In this document: one piece after another, positions 60,649-64,000 of the stretch
How the letters are laid out: every line of letters starts with the position of its first letter
Position numbering within the stretch: position 1 is the stretch's first letter
From: Gammaproteobacteria bacterium
Lineage (GTDB): Bacteria; Pseudomonadota; Gammaproteobacteria; GCA-001735895
Direction of reading: 5' to 3'
DNA length: 64,000 bases
Assembly (NCBI GenBank): GCA_050291745.1
Contig: JBNKKI010000092.1
Span: 13,103 to 77,102, forward strand
Made by a program: the position numbers and the translations under genes
The notes under the pieces: model-generated
The model's input: the letters and a program-made list of their open reading frames with translations, nothing else
What the model was told of the DNA's origin: nothing
Databases searched by the model: none

Positions 60649-61290
60649 ATGAATGATTTTGTAACAGATGATGAACAGGTGGAACGCATCAAAAAATGGT
60701 GGGCAGACAATGGTACTTCTGTCATTGCCGGCCTGGTCATAGGTATTGGTGGTCTCTATGGCTGGAAATACTGGGTTGATTATAAAGCTAATGTCGCTGC
60801 TGAAGCATCTTCACATTTTGCCAAAATGGTTAGTTTTACTGAAACTAATAAAAATGAACAGGCTATTGAAGAAGGCACTACCATTCTGGATAATTACTCA
60901 TCTACCGCTTATAGTGAATTAGCGCGTTTTTCTCTGGCTAAAGTTTATGTCGAGACAAAAAAATATGATCTGGCTGAACAACAATTACAGTCTATTGTAG
61001 ATTCCTCTAAAGATAGACCATTACAAATGTTAGCTCGTAAAAGATTATCTGCAGTAATGTTACAACAGGGCAAATATGATCAATCTTTAAAGTTGCTTGA
61101 AGTAGAATACCCCGCGCAATTTGCTGCGGCCTTTGAAGAACTGAAGGGTGATATTCTGCTTGCAAAAGGTAATAAAGATGAAGCAAGAATGGCTTATCAA
61201 CGAGCCAGTCTGGCGCAACCTGCCGCAGCTAATCCACAATTTTTAAAACAAAAAATGGATAATTTAGGTTCATCTGAGGCCAGCAGTTAA
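60649..61290 (+). CDS. yfgM: YfgM-family membrane-anchored TPR-like protein
   Basis: 213 aa, N-terminal TM, conserved position between hisS and bamB. Confidence 0.75.
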   Translation: MNDFVTDDEQVERIKKWWADNGTSVIAGLVIGIGGLYGWKYWVDYKANVAAEASSHFAKMVSFTETNKNEQAIEEGTTILDNYSSTAYSELARFSLAKVYVETKKYDLAEQQLQSIVDSSKDRPLQMLARKRLSAVMLQQGKYDQSLKLLEVEYPAQFAAAFEELKGDILLAKGNKDEARMAYQRASLAQPAAANPQFLKQKMDNLGSSEASS

Positions 61291-61293
61291 TTC

Positions 61294-62511
61294 ATGTTTT
61301 TCAATAGATCCCTATTAATTCGAACAATATTGATTCGACTGCTTTTTCTTGTTCCGTTACTGTCTTTGACAGCCTGCTCTACGCCCAGCAATGATGAACC
61401 GCCTGCAGAATTAACTGAAATCAGTCATGCGGAATATATCAAACTTCTGTGGAGCAGGGATACAGGAAAGGGAGTCGTTAACAAATATGTGAGCATGGAG
61501 CCTTTTATTCAGGGAAATAAAATTTATACCATTGATGTGACAGGTTTAATATCCCAGATGGATTCTGATTCCGGTAAGCTTGACTGGTTTTATGAAAGTG
61601 GACTTAAAACTAACACTGGACTCGCCGGAGATGCCGCCAGTCTGGTTGCTACTTCGCCGAATGGAGAAGTGGTTTTGTTCGACTATGATGAAAATTCTAT
61701 TAAGCAACGCTGGAAACAACAGTTAAAAAGTGAAATTAGAACAAAAGCTGTGTTATCCGGTACACAGGTTTTTATACGAACTGTTGATGGTAAACTATCT
61801 TCTCTGGACTCTTCAAATGGAGAGATACAATGGACTGTATCGCATCGAGTACCAGCTTTATCTCTGACAGGTAATAGTTTTCCCTTAGTGACAGATAACC
61901 TGGTTCTTAGCGGTTTTGATGATGGAAAGTTAATTGCTTTCGATCGAAAGAATGGCTCTACAGTCTGGGAACATACAGTCAGTGCGCCAAGAGGTCGATC
62001 TGAAATAGAACGTCTGGTTGATCTTGATGGACAGTTTGTTTTACTTAATAACATTATTTATATCAGCTCTTTTCAGGGCAATCTGAGCGCTGTTACAGTG
62101 GATAGTGGTCAGGTACTGTGGTCACGTGAATTTTCCAGCTTTAAGGCAATGGATGCTGACCAGCAGGCACTATATCTTACAGATAGTAAAAGTCATGTCT
62201 GGTCTATCGATCGGCGAACTGGTAGTGCCTTCTGGAAACAGGATGTGATGAATGCACGTAAGTTAACGGCTCCCCGTTTAATTGGTGATAAAATTGTGGT
62301 TGCAGATTTAGAGGGGTTTGTTCATATTCTGGATAAATCTGATGGTCGTGTTCTGGCTCGCATTCAACCTTCGGATGTACGTTATATTGCTCAACCTGAA
62401 ATAATCGACAATAAAATAATATTACTTGATACCAGTGGACTATTATCCGTAGTCACTCAGGATGAATCGTTAGAATCACCCCATTTTTCAAATATCAAAT
62501 TTGCCCAGTAA
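61294..62511 (+). CDS. bamB: outer-membrane assembly lipoprotein BamB (PQQ beta-propeller)
   Basis: Lipobox LTAC, repeated PQQ-like blades (...VW/LW... motifs). Confidence 0.85.
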   Translation: MFFNRSLLIRTILIRLLFLVPLLSLTACSTPSNDEPPAELTEISHAEYIKLLWSRDTGKGVVNKYVSMEPFIQGNKIYTIDVTGLISQMDSDSGKLDWFYESGLKTNTGLAGDAASLVATSPNGEVVLFDYDENSIKQRWKQQLKSEIRTKAVLSGTQVFIRTVDGKLSSLDSSNGEIQWTVSHRVPALSLTGNSFPLVTDNLVLSGFDDGKLIAFDRKNGSTVWEHTVSAPRGRSEIERLVDLDGQFVLLNNIIYISSFQGNLSAVTVDSGQVLWSREFSSFKAMDADQQALYLTDSKSHVWSIDRRTGSAFWKQDVMNARKLTAPRLIGDKIVVADLEGFVHILDKSDGRVLARIQPSDVRYIAQPEIIDNKIILLDTSGLLSVVTQDESLESPHFSNIKFAQ

Positions 62512-62523
62512 AAGCGATTTATT

Positions 62524-63912
62524 ATGATTCCTGTTATTGCACTTATTGGCCGACCTAATGTCGGAAAATCAACCCTGTTTAATGCACTCACGCGTACACG
62601 TGATGCAATTGTGGCTGATGTACCCGGCTTAACAAGAGATCGTCAGTATGGCATCGGCAAAGTAGGAGATAAAAAATTTATTATTGTCGATACTGGTGGT
62701 CTGAGTGGACAACAACAGGATCTGGATGATTTGATGGCCAGGCAAACGCTATTGGCATTACAGGAAGCTGACATTATTTTATTTATGGTTGATGCAAGAG
62801 CCGGCATAAATAGTGGCGATGAAGTCATTGCTTCTATGGTTCGTAAGGCCGGTAAGCAAACTACAGTTGTTTTAAATAAAATCGATGGAGTCAATCCAGA
62901 TCACGCAGAAGCCGATTTTTATGCCCTTGGATTTCCTGACATGGCATTAACAGCTGCTTCTCAACGCAAAGGTATTAATCCTCTTATTGAACAGGTTTTA
63001 CGGGATTATCCAGATGATACTGAAGCCGAAGAAGAACCGGAAGGCCCTTCAATTGCAATTATAGGTCGTCCTAATGTTGGAAAATCTACACTTATAAACA
63101 GACTGGTTGGTGAAGATCGCGTGGTCGCTTTTGATGAACCCGGTACTACGCGTGATTCGATCCCCGTCCCTTTTGTACGCCATGGAAAAAATTATACGCT
63201 TATTGATACTGCCGGTGTCAGACGGCGTGGAAAAGTCCATGAAACAGTTGAAAAATTTAGTGTAATAAAAACGCTTGATGCGATTGAAAAAGCCAATGTT
63301 GTCGTGCTGGTAGTCGATGCCCGTGATGGATTGACCGACCAGGATTTAACACTATTGGGTTATGTTTTGAACAGTGGTCGTTCGTTGGCGATTGCAATTA
63401 ATAAATGGGATGGTCTGGAGCCTGAGCAGCGCGAATATAACAAAACGGAATTACAGCGTCGTTTATCATTTGTGGATTTTGCCAATCAACATTTTATTTC
63501 TGCCCTGCATGGAACGGGGGTAGGGGATTTAATGAAATCAATTGATCAGGCTTATGCATCAGCTTTCAGACAGTTTAATACCCGTGAATTAACTGATCTT
63601 CTGGAAGAAGCTGTTTTTAAACATAATGCACCCATGCAGAATAGTCGTAGAGCCAAATTACGCTATGCTCATCAGGGTGGTAAAAATCCTCCTATTATCA
63701 TTATTCATGGTAGTAAAACGGATTCACTACCTGAATCCTATAAGCGCTATTTAATGAGTTTTTACATTAAAAAACTTAAGTTGATGGGGACGCCAATTCG
63801 AATTGAATTTAAAGTGGGTGACAATCCATTTGCCGGAAAACGCAACAAACTGACTAAACGCCAGCAGACAAAGAAACAGCGTTTAATGAAGTTTGTGAAA
63901 AAGAAGAAATAA
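62524..63912 (+). CDS. der: ribosome-assembly GTPase Der (EngA), tandem GTPase domains plus KH-like domain
   Basis: Two G1 motifs GRPNVGKST and G4 NKID/NKWD, Lys-rich C-terminal tail. Confidence 0.95.
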   Translation: MIPVIALIGRPNVGKSTLFNALTRTRDAIVADVPGLTRDRQYGIGKVGDKKFIIVDTGGLSGQQQDLDDLMARQTLLALQEADIILFMVDARAGINSGDEVIASMVRKAGKQTTVVLNKIDGVNPDHAEADFYALGFPDMALTAASQRKGINPLIEQVLRDYPDDTEAEEEPEGPSIAIIGRPNVGKSTLINRLVGEDRVVAFDEPGTTRDSIPVPFVRHGKNYTLIDTAGVRRRGKVHETVEKFSVIKTLDAIEKANVVVLVVDARDGLTDQDLTLLGYVLNSGRSLAIAINKWDGLEPEQREYNKTELQRRLSFVDFANQHFISALHGTGVGDLMKSIDQAYASAFRQFNTRELTDLLEEAVFKHNAPMQNSRRAKLRYAHQGGKNPPIIIIHGSKTDSLPESYKRYLMSFYIKKLKLMGTPIRIEFKVGDNPFAGKRNKLTKRQQTKKQRLMKFVKKKK

Positions 63913-64000
63913 TTAAACAAACCCCTGATTAACTAGAATACATCGGGGGGCTCATTGCTTTAACCTGGAATCTGCATATTCCGGCGAATCCGATCACCCA

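Noticed and set aside
1-64000. CRISPR arrays, tRNA or rRNA genes, prophage or integrase genes
   Set aside because: No short regularly spaced direct repeats, no cloverleaf-like conserved tRNA features, and no integrase or transposase-like ORFs were seen. The only dispersed repeat is the MITE-like family.

Overview
This 64 kb window looks like chromosomal DNA from a low-GC (roughly 38-40% by eye) Gammaproteobacterium, with about 57 protein-coding genes and no rRNA, tRNA or CRISPR. Most of it is conserved core synteny.

Landmarks, in order along the window:
- A tungsten/molybdenum-type aldehyde:ferredoxin oxidoreductase (AOR) operon on the - strand: polyferredoxin, AOR, FAD/NAD oxidoreductase, a MoaD-like GG protein, a second small GGG-terminal protein, and a MoeB/ThiF E1-like enzyme.
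- A complete phosphate-starvation locus: pstSCAB-phoU, a PiT transporter and phoBR, with two well-formed Pho boxes.
- A CBS-CBS-PAS-GGDEF-EAL c-di-GMP protein.
- mfd.
- lolC/E-lolD, DUF2062, comEC, exbBD-like, msbA, lpxK, ycaR, kdsB.
- nudF, a TauE permease, an HDAC-family deacetylase divergent from a GNAT-like gene, an aminotransferase, hom and thrC.
- rlmN, pilF-like, rodZ-like, hisS, yfgM, bamB and der. ispG is absent between rodZ and hisS.

The less conserved, accessory-looking stretch is about 22.9-31.7 kb. It holds an acyltransferase/alpha-beta-hydrolase fusion next to phoBR, and a periplasmic VWA (von Willebrand A) membrane protein paired with a membrane-anchored acidic protein that shares a short motif with it. 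It also holds a thioredoxin-like/SH3/outer-membrane-protein operon and a Tat-exported FecR-domain protein.

The most striking feature visible directly in the sequence is a family of four about 200-235 bp intergenic elements with about 17-20 bp terminal inverted repeats (CCTGGATTCCGCAGTTG...). They occur in both orientations and in two structural subtypes, which is consistent with a previously undescribed MITE-like or structured-RNA repeat. All functional calls are inferred from motifs and synteny read by eye; no database searches were possible.
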